Source of the DNA: an uncultured Lachnospiraceae bacterium
GTDB taxonomy: Bacteria > Bacillota > Clostridia > Lachnospirales > Lachnospiraceae
NCBI GenBank assembly: GCA_900539715.1
Contig: UQDA01000013.1
Span: forward strand, 8,235 to 72,234
Length of the DNA stretch: 64,000 bases
Direction of reading: 5' to 3'
This document shows positions 48,345 to 58,924 of the stretch, piece by piece. A model generated the notes under the pieces. It did not search any database, was not told the DNA's origin, and worked only from the letters and a program-made list of their open reading frames with translations. Numbering within the stretch: the stretch's first letter is position 1; the number at the start of each line of letters is the position of its first letter. The position numbers and the translations under genes were made by a program.

Positions 48345-49470
48345 ATCTTACGCTCCATTCTCTTTTCGCAACGGCAATGGTCATGCCATCCTCGGCATGC
48401 TTTTTATATACAAGACTGCCGCCATCCTGACAGGCAAAAAGCGCCGCCCGCTCACACACATTATCCACTCCTACCTGCTCCATTACAAAGTCTGAAGCGC
48501 TAAAGTCACCATCCGTCTGCTGTAACTGCTCCGCAGTATAAGTCCAAAATGGAATTTGTTTTTTTCTGCACCATGCAGTCAATCCTGCCTCATCCTTTTT
48601 CTTATCTATGGACGCCACTGCCATAATCTGCTCTGTCAAAATCCCGCAATTGTCCAGATTCTTCAAAATGAACTGATTTATTTTCTCTTCTTCTTTTCCT
48701 CTTTTACATCCTATTCCAATGATATATTCTTTCGGCTTTAAGGTTAATAATGCTCCCTTTGTCTCCGTTTTTACAGAAATCACCACATCTGCCTTCCTGT
48801 CTTCCATAGTTTGAAACTCAGAAACAACGATTCCATCCGGTATTCTGATATTCTCAGCCAAATGTCCCTGCTCTACTGCCAAATGAATTTCTTTTCCGGA
48901 CAACACTTTAGACGATACCTTTGCAATCCCGTCTCTATTCTCAATATGTAACCCGTTTCTTTTCGCAAATAAATCCACTGCAAATTTACAGTTTATATCC
49001 GTTGCCGTTGTAATTACAGGAATGGCGCCCATTTTTTCTGCAATCTTTATCGCTATTTCATTCGCTCCTCCCACATGCCCCGATAGAATCGGAATAATAT
49101 AATTTCCGTCCTCATCCATTACCAGGACAGCGCTGTCATGCAATTTATCCACGACACCCGGCGCAATTGCTCTGACGGCAATCCCACAGGCTCCAACAAA
49201 CAGCAACGTATGCTTTTCTGTCATCTGTTTTCCTGCCCACTCCACCACATTTTCTTCTACATATTGTGTCATGGGCAGATTTGTCCTTTCCTTTGCCGCA
49301 GAGCATTTTGTAAACAGTTCTACATTATCATCGTTCAAAACCTCTGCTACCTTTTGCGACAACCTTATTCCTTTTTCTGTAAAGCTGATGCATCTGATCT
49401 CCATAAAGCTATTCCTTTGCCTGTCTGAATTCTGTCGAAAAATCCGGAGCATACAATCTGGATTTTTCAT
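48331..49470 (-). CDS. cbiG: cobalt-precorrin-5A hydrolase
   Basis: CbiG N-terminal and C-terminal domains. This is the anaerobic-pathway marker. Confidence 0.75.
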   Translation of the reverse strand: MKNPDCMLRIFRQNSDRQRNSFMEIRCISFTEKGIRLSQKVAEVLNDDNVELFTKCSAAKERTNLPMTQYVEENVVEWAGKQMTEKHTLLFVGACGIAVRAIAPGVVDKLHDSAVLVMDEDGNYIIPILSGHVGGANEIAIKIAEKMGAIPVITTATDINCKFAVDLFAKRNGLHIENRDGIAKVSSKVLSGKEIHLAVEQGHLAENIRIPDGIVVSEFQTMEDRKADVVISVKTETKGALLTLKPKEYIIGIGCKRGKEEEKINQFILKNLDNCGILTEQIMAVASIDKKKDEAGLTAWCRKKQIPFWTYTAEQLQQTDGDFSASDFVMEQVGVDNVCERAALFACQDGGSLVYKKHAEDGMTIAVAKREWSVRFDEK

Positions 49471-50167
49471 ATCCCCGATGCGCTATCACATCACCAACTA
49501 ATATCAGCGCTGTTTTTGTGATCCCATGTGCCGCTGCCGTTTCTTCCAGACCCTCAATCGTACAAATATAGCTTTCTTCCTCAGGCCAGGTTGCCTTATA
49601 CACAATTGCTGCCGGGGTATCCTTTCGGTAACCGCCTGCTATCAGCCTTTTGCTCAGTTCCCCCAGCATCCCCGTACTTAAATAAATCGCCATAGATGTC
49701 TGATGCGCGGCAAAGCTTTCGATACCTTCTTTATCCGGCACCCTGGTTTTTCCTTCCATACGGGTAATGATCAAAGACTGTGAAACCTCCGGCAGAGTAT
49801 ACTCCAAATTAAGAGAGGCTGCTGCTCCGAAGCAGGCGCTGACTCCCGGACAACTTTCATACGCAATTCCTAATCTGTCCAATTCATCCATTTGTTCCCG
49901 TACCGCTCCATAAATGCTTGGATCGCCGGTATGCAGCCGAACAATCTTTTTATTCTGTACCGCTGCTTTATGCATTATATCGATCACTTCATCCAGCGTC
50001 AGCCTCGCACTGTTATAAATCTCACAGTTCTCCCTGGCATATTTTAAAAGCTCCGGATTTACCAAGGAACCGGCGTAGATGATCACATCTGCCTGCTCAA
50101 GCAAGCGCATTCCTCTTACTGTAATCAGATCTGCTGCTCCTGTTCCTGCTCCAACAAAGAAAACCAT
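49409..50167 (-). CDS. cbiF: precorrin-4 C11-methyltransferase
   Basis: VFFVGAGTGAADLIT and GDPSIYG. Confidence 0.85.
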   Translation of the reverse strand: MVFFVGAGTGAADLITVRGMRLLEQADVIIYAGSLVNPELLKYARENCEIYNSARLTLDEVIDIMHKAAVQNKKIVRLHTGDPSIYGAVREQMDELDRLGIAYESCPGVSACFGAAASLNLEYTLPEVSQSLIITRMEGKTRVPDKEGIESFAAHQTSMAIYLSTGMLGELSKRLIAGGYRKDTPAAIVYKATWPEEESYICTIEGLEETAAAHGITKTALILVGDVIAHRGYEKSRLYAPDFSTEFRQAKE

Positions 50168-51261
50168 TCTGATGCCTCCTCACTTTTCGCCAATTCTCCA
50201 AATTCATTGGCATACATAATACAATCTATCTTCATTTTTCCTTTTGACCGTTTATTCAAATAGTAACAAATACGCTCCATCGCATAATCCATTACTTCCT
50301 GCCGCTTTCCACACTCGGTTAAAATGCGCACCGCCTCTTCCGTAGTCACACATTCCAGTATCTGATTCAGATATTTTACTTCCACCCCGCATTTTACGGC
50401 TGATGACACAAGCAGTTCCATCCTGCAGTCCCCTTCTTTAGAATGGGTGTTCATGATACCTCCTGACAGCTTGATCAGTTTTCCGATATGGCCGGTAAGT
50501 AACATTTTTTGAAATCCCAATTCCACCGCCATGTCAATGGTATTTCCAATAAAGTTGCTGCACTTTACGCTTTTGTCCAAATCATATCCATAGGTTCTCT
50601 TCATAAAATCCAGCCCGTAATTTCCCGGAGAAACCACTACATGATCAAATCCCTGTGCCTTTCTCTGGTTTAACTCTACCCTGATCGTATCCAGAATTGC
50701 CTGATCACTCATAGGTTCTACAATTCCACTGGTTCCCAGTATGGATATACCGCCCACAATTCCAAGTCTCGGATTAAAAGTATGCTCTGCCAGATTTTCT
50801 CCCTCAGGGACGAAAATCTCTACCATAAGGCTTCCCGTATAATCCACCAGAGAACATACCTGTAATACTTCTTTTTCTATCATTTCTCTGGGCACATGAT
50901 TGATCGCAGCATTTCCTACCGGCTGATCCAGTCCGGGTTTGGTAACTCTTCCTACCCCCATGCCTCCATCTATCACGATTTGAGACCTTTCCTGCTTTTC
51001 TTTCAAAGGCAAAGCGCCATAAGAAACTTTTGCATAAATCAATGCTCCTGTCGTAATATCAGGATCATCGCCCCCGTCTTTTTCCACCGCACAGCTTACT
51101 TCCTTCTCATTCCTGACAATATCAATGAGCTGCGCTGTATAGGGGATTCCTTTGGGTGTTTCTATTGTAATTTCTGTTTTTCTTTTTCCGGTTAATAACA
51201 TATATGCCGCCGCTTTTGATGCCGCCGCCGCACAACTTCCCGTTGTAAAGCCATACCGCAT
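50125..51261 (-). CDS. cbiD: cobalt-precorrin-5B (C1)-methyltransferase
   Basis: MRYGFTTGSCAAAA is the characteristic CbiD N-terminus. Confidence 0.85.
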   Translation of the reverse strand: MRYGFTTGSCAAAASKAAAYMLLTGKRKTEITIETPKGIPYTAQLIDIVRNEKEVSCAVEKDGGDDPDITTGALIYAKVSYGALPLKEKQERSQIVIDGGMGVGRVTKPGLDQPVGNAAINHVPREMIEKEVLQVCSLVDYTGSLMVEIFVPEGENLAEHTFNPRLGIVGGISILGTSGIVEPMSDQAILDTIRVELNQRKAQGFDHVVVSPGNYGLDFMKRTYGYDLDKSVKCSNFIGNTIDMAVELGFQKMLLTGHIGKLIKLSGGIMNTHSKEGDCRMELLVSSAVKCGVEVKYLNQILECVTTEEAVRILTECGKRQEVMDYAMERICYYLNKRSKGKMKIDCIMYANEFGELAKSEEASEWFSLLEQEQEQQI

Positions 51262-51287
51262 AGCCTTCCTCCAACATCCTGCGCGCT

Positions 51288-51935
51288 CTAATCTCTGCCC
51301 AGTTCATACATCAAAGCATTACAGATTGCTGCCGCAACGTTACTGCCGCCTTTTCTTCCCCTGTTTACAATATGCGGCACATCTGTCCCTATAATCAATT
51401 CCTTTGCGGCTTCCACGTTCACAAAGCCCACCGGTACACCAATAATAAATGCCGGTTTCCATATTCCTTCTCTCATCATCTCATATAGCCGGATCAATGC
51501 GGTAGGTGCATTTCCAATGGCAAAAATTACCGGTTTTTTTATCATAGAAGCCATCTCCATGCTAATTGCCGCCCGGGTAGTCCCTCTCTCTTTTGCTATT
51601 TGCGCAACCTTCGCATCTGCCATAAAACAATGTGCTTCTCCGCCAAACCTTGCCAACGTTTTCTTATTGACCCCTGCTAATGCCATGTTCGTATCTGTCA
51701 CTATATCGGCACCGCTTATCAGTAACTCCCTTGCGATCTGTACCGCATTTTCAGAAAATACAAGAGTCTTTGTATAGTCAAAATCCGCGCTGGTATGAAT
51801 GACTCTTTTCGTCACCATTTCCTGCTCTTTTGGTATTTTTATTCCTTGTATCTCCAACTCCCTGGAGATAATCTCAAAACTTCTTTTTTCAATTTCTTCC
51901 GGCAATAAATGCTCTATATTATGCAAGACACTCAC
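51288..51935 (-). CDS. cbiC: precorrin-8X methylmutase
   Basis: HTSADFDY motif. Confidence 0.85.
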   Translation of the reverse strand: MSVLHNIEHLLPEEIEKRSFEIISRELEIQGIKIPKEQEMVTKRVIHTSADFDYTKTLVFSENAVQIARELLISGADIVTDTNMALAGVNKKTLARFGGEAHCFMADAKVAQIAKERGTTRAAISMEMASMIKKPVIFAIGNAPTALIRLYEMMREGIWKPAFIIGVPVGFVNVEAAKELIIGTDVPHIVNRGRKGGSNVAAAICNALMYELGRD

Positions 51936-52950
51936 CTATCTCTCTCAGTAATATTTTATTTTCTTCTCTGCTTTTTACAGCGAGTCGATAATACCCCTTT
52001 TTCAATCCTTTAAAGTTCCGGCAATCCCTTATTAAAATCCCCCTTTTCAGTAATAACTCATACAAAGGTTTTTCTGTATACAGCAAAATAAAATTTCCCT
52101 CTCCGTCAAATACTTCCAGCCCCATCTTTTGCAGTTGCTCTGTTAAAAATGCTCTCTCTTTTTGCACATACCATACCGTTTGCTCTACAAATTCTTTTTC
52201 CTTTGCACATGCTATCCCTGCCTCCTGTGCAAAAACGGATAAATTCCACTCCGGAAGCTGCCGTCCAATCTTCTGAACAAGCCCTTCATTACCGCTAACC
52301 AAAAATCCCAGTCTTACTCCGGGAATCGCATATAGTTTTGTAAAAGCCTGTACCAAAAGCAAATTAGGGTACTCCTCTATCTCTGATACAAAGGAGGCAT
52401 CCCCTTCACAAAAGGAAATAAAACATTCATCCAAAACAACATAGATGCCCTTCTCTCTGCATACAGTGAGCACTTTTCCAAGATAATCGCGCTCCAGCCG
52501 TTTTCCTGTCGGATTATTCGGCTGCGCCAGGAAGAGAATATCGATATCTTCCGTCAACATCATAAATAAATCTTCGCCCGGCAAAAAGGAATTTTCTTTT
52601 TTCAGAAAATAATAGCTGATTTTACTTTCCACTGCTTCTGCAGCATATTGATACCCGTAAAAGCTGGGTACCGGAATCAGGACATTCTCCGGCTTAAGGG
52701 CATGCATGATCCCCATAAAAATTTCTGAAGCGCCGTTTCCAAACAGTAAATATTCCTTTGGAACCGCCAGCTGCTTTGCCACCGCTTCTGTCAATTCAAG
52801 AGCTCGTATATCCGGATATTCCTGACATCGCACCACCGCCCGATGCAGAGCCTCTTCTACCCCTTTGGGGATTCCGAGAGGATTCACATTGACCGAAAAA
52901 TCCAGTTTTACTTTATTCGTATAAATATCTCCGCCGTGTATAACCTGCAC
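51919..52950 (-). CDS. cobD: threonine-phosphate decarboxylase (class I/II aminotransferase fold)
   Basis: PLP aminotransferase fold, in a cob cluster next to cbiB. Confidence 0.7.
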   Translation of the reverse strand: MQVIHGGDIYTNKVKLDFSVNVNPLGIPKGVEEALHRAVVRCQEYPDIRALELTEAVAKQLAVPKEYLLFGNGASEIFMGIMHALKPENVLIPVPSFYGYQYAAEAVESKISYYFLKKENSFLPGEDLFMMLTEDIDILFLAQPNNPTGKRLERDYLGKVLTVCREKGIYVVLDECFISFCEGDASFVSEIEEYPNLLLVQAFTKLYAIPGVRLGFLVSGNEGLVQKIGRQLPEWNLSVFAQEAGIACAKEKEFVEQTVWYVQKERAFLTEQLQKMGLEVFDGEGNFILLYTEKPLYELLLKRGILIRDCRNFKGLKKGYYRLAVKSREENKILLREIGECLA

Positions 52951-52968
52951 CAGCCGCTCACTTCCCTT

Positions 52969-53943
52969 CTATAAACAAATCAAACCTGCCATCAATGTTA
53001 AACAAATCATTTCACACAACCACGCGGTTATATACATTAACTTGTTTACTCTCTTTATATCTTCATACTCTACGCTTCTGCATGCATCGCCTATAAATGG
53101 TTTCTTTACTGTTTTTCCAAAATAGCAGGCATCTCCTGCCAGGCGTATTCCCAATGCTCCGGCACATACCGATTCCGTCTGGGCAGAATTAGGACTGGCA
53201 TGCTTTCGATTATCCCTCTTATATATTTTGTAAGCCTGTCTTCCGCTATAACTTTTTCCGCCTATAAAAGCTGCACATATCATAAGCCAGGCGCTGATTC
53301 TGGATGGTATGTAATTAACCAAGTCATCCAGTCTGGCGGCCGCTCTCCCAAAATACAGATACTTCTCATTTTTATATCCCACCATAGAATCCATGGTATT
53401 CACAGCCTTGTAGAAAAACCCTGCTATAGGGCCTCCTAATGCAGTATACAGCATGGGAGCTATGACTCCATCCGAGGTATTTTCCGCAACAGTTTCAATA
53501 GCGGCTTTCGCAACTCCCTCTTCATCTAAAACAGACGTATCTCTGCCCACAATCATAGAGACTGCTTTTCTTGCCGCTTCCAGCCCTTCTGTTTGCAGAC
53601 AATGACAGACTTTCATACTCTCCACCTTCAGGCATTTCGTTGCCAGAATCTGATACGTCATAATCGTTTCTGTCAGGACCCCAAAATATGGATGGATATG
53701 ATACGCTGCAAATATAAGAATTGCAGTTACGCAAACAGTTATGGTAAGCACTGAGAAAACCAGCAGCGCTCCATCTTTTAATTCATTCCTGCTGTTTCTC
53801 TCCGCCTTCCCGTTTCGCAGTTTCTTTTCCAAACCACTTATCAAACTGCCTATCAAACGTATAGGATGAGGCAGCCAATAAGGATCTCCCAAAAGTAAAT
53901 CCAAAAGAAAACCAGAGAAAAAAGCTAATATATGATATTTCAT
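52969..53943 (-). CDS. cbiB: adenosylcobinamide-phosphate synthase
   Basis: CobD/CbiB family membrane protein. Confidence 0.85.
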   Translation of the reverse strand: MKYHILAFFSGFLLDLLLGDPYWLPHPIRLIGSLISGLEKKLRNGKAERNSRNELKDGALLVFSVLTITVCVTAILIFAAYHIHPYFGVLTETIMTYQILATKCLKVESMKVCHCLQTEGLEAARKAVSMIVGRDTSVLDEEGVAKAAIETVAENTSDGVIAPMLYTALGGPIAGFFYKAVNTMDSMVGYKNEKYLYFGRAAARLDDLVNYIPSRISAWLMICAAFIGGKSYSGRQAYKIYKRDNRKHASPNSAQTESVCAGALGIRLAGDACYFGKTVKKPFIGDACRSVEYEDIKRVNKLMYITAWLCEMICLTLMAGLICL

Positions 53944-53951
53944 TTATTTCC

Positions 53952-54581
53952 TCACACTCTATCTTGTCCTATTTTCTGAACATCCGCCATTCTGAGATAT
54001 CCCTGTATCTCTTTTAGGGTACAGATATATCCCTGTCCGTTTTCTGCCTGATAATCAAAATATCCGCCACCACAAAAAGTACTCAGCAAAGCCATGATTG
54101 TTCCGCCATGCATCACTCCTCCTATTGTCATGGCGCTGTTGAGCCTGCTCTGACATTTCAGCTGTAATAACATTTTATAAAATCCCTGTTTGCAGCGTTC
54201 TGTAAAATCTTCCCTGCTCTCTCCATTTGGAAAAGGCAATGTACCATTACTGTCAATCCATTTCTGATAATATTCATTTCCTTTTAATTCCACATAATTT
54301 TTTCCTTCAAAATCTCCAAAATCCATTTCCGCCCACTCCGGTATCATAAAAATTTCCTGTTCAGGATAGAGTATCCGGGCAGTTTGCGCACAACGTCTCA
54401 TTGGACTCGAAAAAAGATGATCAACATGCGGATAGGTATTCCTGGCTTTATATAATGCCTGCTCTCCCTCCTTGCTTAATCCTTCATCTGTTCTTCCAAG
54501 GTATCTATGCTCTTTATTGGAAGGAGTAGCTCCATGGCGAATCATTACTAATTTCACTTGATTCTCTGACCGATTCCACAT
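53952..54581 (-). CDS. cobC: alpha-ribazole phosphatase (histidine phosphatase family)
   Basis: RHGxTxxN motif (VMIRHGATPSN). Confidence 0.75.
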   Translation of the reverse strand: MWNRSENQVKLVMIRHGATPSNKEHRYLGRTDEGLSKEGEQALYKARNTYPHVDHLFSSPMRRCAQTARILYPEQEIFMIPEWAEMDFGDFEGKNYVELKGNEYYQKWIDSNGTLPFPNGESREDFTERCKQGFYKMLLQLKCQSRLNSAMTIGGVMHGGTIMALLSTFCGGGYFDYQAENGQGYICTLKEIQGYLRMADVQKIGQDRV

Positions 54582-54961
54582 ATCACCCGCACCACCTCAT
54601 CTGCCTGCTCCGCCAGTTTTATCAGAATCCTTCCTGTCCGCTCTCTGTATTCCCGTTCAAAACTGTCTATAGGCACAATTCCATTTCCAATCTCATCACT
54701 AATCACAATACAGCCGGGAGCATTGCTTATAAATTCCAGTACTTCCTGCTCTATATTTTCCCCCTGCCTGATACCTGCCTTCATCCACTCATGAAAGTGA
54801 TTCAGAATGACGGTCTTTCCGTTATCCTTTGATTCCTGTAATTGTTCTGCATCCGGAAATTCACCGTCTACAATACAAAAATCTGTTACTCTTTTTCCCT
54901 CAAGTACATAATCCAATTTTCCTTGAGCATATCCGCCAATTACCAGCTTCATCTGATCCAC
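54554..54961 (-). CDS. truncated CobU-like protein (degenerate P-loop GGYAQGKL)
   Basis: 135 aa. The N- and C-termini align to CobU, but it lacks about 45 internal residues and the Ser/Thr of Walker A. Confidence 0.5.
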   Translation of the reverse strand: MDQMKLVIGGYAQGKLDYVLEGKRVTDFCIVDGEFPDAEQLQESKDNGKTVILNHFHEWMKAGIRQGENIEQEVLEFISNAPGCIVISDEIGNGIVPIDSFEREYRERTGRILIKLAEQADEVVRVICGIGQRIK

Positions 54962-54968
54962 CTCTTCC

Positions 54969-55736
54969 TTACATACAAACCACGTTTATTACCGCTGCTG
55001 CAGCCAGCATGCCGCACTCACAAAGCAATACAAAATATCCTGCCGTATCACCGGTAATTCCGCCCAATTCTTTTTTACTGCGATAAGCGTAATACACAAA
55101 CACACCAAGTGCCGCTGCTGCCACGATCATCCCTCCGGTCAAGGAACGCCATAACATAAACAACACACACAATGCTCCCTGCAGACAAAGGACTATCTTC
55201 ACAGTATTCTTCCCCGCCTTACTGGCAAAAGAATAAAGCAAGCCTTCCTTTTTTGCCGACGGGAATGATACTACACTGATTCCGCTCAGACATCTGGATA
55301 AGAAAAAGCCGGCGCAAACAATCTGTAACAAATTTTTGTCCTGTATTTCGGAAAAAGCAGCCATATACAATAGTCCATAGACAATAAGCCCGATAACTGC
55401 AAATGCACCAATATGGGAATCTTTTAATATTTCCAGCTTCTTTTCCCGCAGCTGATAAGAACAAAAGGCGTCCATGGTATCCATAAATCCATCTGCATGA
55501 AATCCCCCTGTAATCAATAAAGGAATTGCTGTTCCTATCAATGTATAGCACAGCAGACTAATTTCATATTTTTCACAAATCATTCCCCAAAAATAAATAC
55601 AGCCGCCGATCACTGCCCCTATCCATGGAAAAAAACAAAGCATATATTTCATATCCTCATCCTTCCACTCAAACTGTGGCATAGGAATTTTGGAATACAT
55701 TGAAAATGCGATTATCATTGCTTTTACAATCCGCAT
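54969..55736 (-). CDS. cobS: adenosylcobinamide-GDP ribazoletransferase (cobalamin synthase)
   Basis: CobS family membrane protein. The start is at MRIVKA with a GGAGA RBS. Confidence 0.85.
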   Translation of the reverse strand: MRIVKAMIIAFSMYSKIPMPQFEWKDEDMKYMLCFFPWIGAVIGGCIYFWGMICEKYEISLLCYTLIGTAIPLLITGGFHADGFMDTMDAFCSYQLREKKLEILKDSHIGAFAVIGLIVYGLLYMAAFSEIQDKNLLQIVCAGFFLSRCLSGISVVSFPSAKKEGLLYSFASKAGKNTVKIVLCLQGALCVLFMLWRSLTGGMIVAAAALGVFVYYAYRSKKELGGITGDTAGYFVLLCECGMLAAAAVINVVCM

Positions 55737-55823
55737 ATGAATCTCCATTCCGGAGCGCAGGAGGCAACGAGCCGTTTGTGACGCTCCGGCACAAACAGCT
55801 GTGTGAAAAATAAGCTGTCAGGC

Positions 55824-56372
55824 TTATTTTTCTTCTTTCACTATGATTGGAATCCCGACAACCACCTCAATCACCCTGTCCGCCATCTTGGCCAGTTCCT
55901 GATTGATACATCCCATCGTCCTGATATAATTCATGGTTGTTTCATCATAAATAATTCCGTCTTCAAACACATTATTTGTAACAATAATAAAATCTTTTAT
56001 CGTTTTTAATACCTCTTTTATTCCGCCGATAATACTTTTCTGTACCAATTTGCCGTCCCTTATCTCATCCTCACGGAACATCTCATTTGCCACCAGATTG
56101 GACATACACTCCAGTAATCCGGCATTCTCTATGGCAGTTTTCTTTTCCATTTTATGCGCAGCCTGCTGAATATCCGTTGACTGTTCAATGGTTAAAAATC
56201 CTTTTCCTTCCCTCATTTTCCGATGCCTGAAAACCTTTTCCCGTCCTTCCGCATCATACACCTGCATGGTGGCAATATAATATTTTCTGCAATCTCCGGA
56301 AAGTTTCGTAATATAATCTTCTGCATAAGACGATTTACCGCTTCCACTTCCCCCCATGATCAATACCAACAT
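55824..56372 (-). CDS. cobU: bifunctional adenosylcobinamide kinase / adenosylcobinamide-phosphate guanylyltransferase
   Basis: GGSGSGKS P-loop and the CobU fold. Confidence 0.85.
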   Translation of the reverse strand: MLVLIMGGSGSGKSSYAEDYITKLSGDCRKYYIATMQVYDAEGREKVFRHRKMREGKGFLTIEQSTDIQQAAHKMEKKTAIENAGLLECMSNLVANEMFREDEIRDGKLVQKSIIGGIKEVLKTIKDFIIVTNNVFEDGIIYDETTMNYIRTMGCINQELAKMADRVIEVVVGIPIIVKEEK

Positions 56373-57467
56373 TTAACTCAACCTTTCATACTGTCCTATT
56401 TTTACATCATCAAAGGTTATTTTTCCCTGATAGATACTCAGCGCTGCATCCAGTAAAGCAAACATCATTACCGCACCGGTTCCTTCCCCTAACGCCATAT
56501 TCCCATCAATCACCGGCTCCAGATCCAATTCTTTTGTAAGCATTGCAATCGCCGGCTCCTTCCCCTTATGAGAAGGAATATAATACTCTTTTGTCCCCGG
56601 CACCAGTCGCTCTGCCAACAAAGCAGCTACCATACTAATGACTCCATCCAAAACAACAGGAATACGGCACATCGCTCCGCCCACACAGAGCCCTGCAAGA
56701 CCTGCAATATCCAAACCTCCTACTGTACAGAGTATCGTTAAGGCATCTGCATGGTACAAGCCGTATTTCTGAATTGCTTCTTCAATTACTTTCTGCTTTC
56801 TGATCAGACCGGTATCATTTAATCCTGCCCCTCTTCCTGTCACTTTTGATACTTCACATTTTAACAAAGCTGCAGCAGCCGCACTGCTGGTTGTCGTATT
56901 TCCAATCCCCAGCTCTCCCGTGGCAAGGATTTTATATCCTGCTTTTTTGCACCAAAATGCCATATCTATTCCCGTTGCCATAGCCCGGATTGCTTCTGAT
57001 TCCAGCATGGCAGGCTCTTTACTGAAATTTCTTGTACCACATCTTATTTTTCTGGAAACAACTCCAGGAATCGTATCCTTTATGTTAATACCAATATCTA
57101 CCGGAATCGTATCTGCTCCTACCGCCTTCGCCATCTGCCCTACGCAGGACTGTCCTTTTCCCATGGATTTTGCTACCGCTGCTGTAATCTCCTGCCCGGA
57201 CTGACTGACATTTTCCTCTACGATCCCGTTATCGGCACACATAATAACGACAGCCTTTTTGGTAATATCAATCTCTTCCGTTCCTGTAACGGCACCTATC
57301 CTTGCAATAAGCGTTTCAAATTTTCCCATTCCATCCAAAGGTTTTGCAATGGTATCCCAATTCTTCAGTACCTTCTTCCTGCATATTTCATCCGGTTTGT
57401 CAACCTTCAGCTTTTTCAGTTCTTCCCGTGTATAATCATTCCAGATGGGCTTCTCCAAGCATTCCAT
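56373..57467 (-). CDS. cobT: nicotinate-nucleotide--dimethylbenzimidazole phosphoribosyltransferase
   Basis: ELGIGNTT motif. Confidence 0.9.
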   Translation of the reverse strand: MECLEKPIWNDYTREELKKLKVDKPDEICRKKVLKNWDTIAKPLDGMGKFETLIARIGAVTGTEEIDITKKAVVIMCADNGIVEENVSQSGQEITAAVAKSMGKGQSCVGQMAKAVGADTIPVDIGINIKDTIPGVVSRKIRCGTRNFSKEPAMLESEAIRAMATGIDMAFWCKKAGYKILATGELGIGNTTTSSAAAAALLKCEVSKVTGRGAGLNDTGLIRKQKVIEEAIQKYGLYHADALTILCTVGGLDIAGLAGLCVGGAMCRIPVVLDGVISMVAALLAERLVPGTKEYYIPSHKGKEPAIAMLTKELDLEPVIDGNMALGEGTGAVMMFALLDAALSIYQGKITFDDVKIGQYERLS

Positions 57468-58902
57468 AAATCTCCTCCATATTCAGATACATACGCAGAG
57501 TATCCGCCAACTTGTCATACTGTTTATCTTTAAAAGTCCGGTAATCTTCGAACTCTCCATTTTCCATCTCAATCCCTTTTTTCTCTGCAAGCGCCTGTAC
57601 CATTGCATTGGCAATCATTCCCTCATCAAATAGTCCATGAACATAGGAACCATAAATGTTTTCATTCTTATCTGATGTCACCACAATCCTTTCTTCTGTA
57701 CCTGTCCTTCCCATATGTATTTCATAGCCTTTAAAAGTACAATCGGAAAGTACATGGAACAGTCCGCTTAATCTTTCAATCCTGCCCTCAATCTGACAAC
57801 GTTTTTTTTCCGGCATCAGTACCGTTGACACAGGGAGCAATTCCATTCCGCGCATTTGTCCACCCTCTTCCACACCTTCCGGGTCGAAAATCTCCTGCCC
57901 TAACATTTGATAGCCACCACAAATCCCAAATACCGGAATCTCTTCTGCCAGCTTCTTAACAGCAGCTTCCAGACCATTCTGACGCATCCACTTCAAATCA
58001 CCCATGGTATTTTTACTTCCGGGCAAAAAAATCATATCCGGATGGCGCAATTCACTAATGGATGTCACATATCGCACTGCTGTTTCAGGCATTTGTTCAA
58101 ATACATTAAAATCCGTAAAATTAGAAATTCTGGGATATCGGATCACCGCAATATCGATCAAACCTTCGCTTTTTCTATCAAATCTCTCTGTCAGACTGTC
58201 CTCATCCTCTAAAGACAGCTCCATGTATGGGACAACTCCTACCACCGGAACATTCCCCTTTTCTTCCAGCATTTCAATTCCCGGATCAAGAATGGATTTA
58301 TCCCCGCGAAACTTATTAATGATCAGTCCCTTTACTCTCCTTTTTTCTTTTTCCTCAAGCAACATCAAAGTTCCCAAGAGCTGTGCAAACACGCCTCCTC
58401 TGTCAATGTCTCCCACCAAAAGGACCGGCGCATCCACCATTTCAGCCATTCCCATATTTACAATATCATTCTGTTTTAAGTTAATTTCCGCCGGACTTCC
58501 CGCGCCCTCTATCACGATAATATCGGCATATTCTTCCAGCTTTTTGAAAGACTTTTTAATATCCGGAATCAATGTCTTCTTAAAGGCAAAGTAATCTCTG
58601 GCACTCATATTTCCAAGTACCTCACCATTTACAATTACCTGTGAGCCTGTATGATTGGTAGGTTTTAACAAAACAGGATTCATGCACACCATCGGTGGGA
58701 TTCCCGCTGCTTCCGCCTGCATCACCTGCGCTCTGCCCATTTCCAGTCCTTCTGATGTAATAAAGGAATTTAACGCCATATTCTGAGATTTAAAAGGAGC
58801 CACCCTAAATCCGTCCTGCTTAAAGATCCTGCATAAGCCAGCTACCAAAAGGCTTTTGCCTGCATTAGACATGGTTCCCTGTACCATGATCACCTTTGAC
58901 AT
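57436..58902 (-). CDS. cobQ: cobyric acid synthase
   Basis: [12 protein letters not shown] plus a C-terminal GATase domain. Confidence 0.9.
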   Translation of the reverse strand: MSKVIMVQGTMSNAGKSLLVAGLCRIFKQDGFRVAPFKSQNMALNSFITSEGLEMGRAQVMQAEAAGIPPMVCMNPVLLKPTNHTGSQVIVNGEVLGNMSARDYFAFKKTLIPDIKKSFKKLEEYADIIVIEGAGSPAEINLKQNDIVNMGMAEMVDAPVLLVGDIDRGGVFAQLLGTLMLLEEKEKRRVKGLIINKFRGDKSILDPGIEMLEEKGNVPVVGVVPYMELSLEDEDSLTERFDRKSEGLIDIAVIRYPRISNFTDFNVFEQMPETAVRYVTSISELRHPDMIFLPGSKNTMGDLKWMRQNGLEAAVKKLAEEIPVFGICGGYQMLGQEIFDPEGVEEGGQMRGMELLPVSTVLMPEKKRCQIEGRIERLSGLFHVLSDCTFKGYEIHMGRTGTEERIVVTSDKNENIYGSYVHGLFDEGMIANAMVQALAEKKGIEMENGEFEDYRTFKDKQYDKLADTLRMYLNMEEIYGMLGEAHLE

Positions 58903-58924
58903 AGATTCTTCATGCCTTTCTTCA

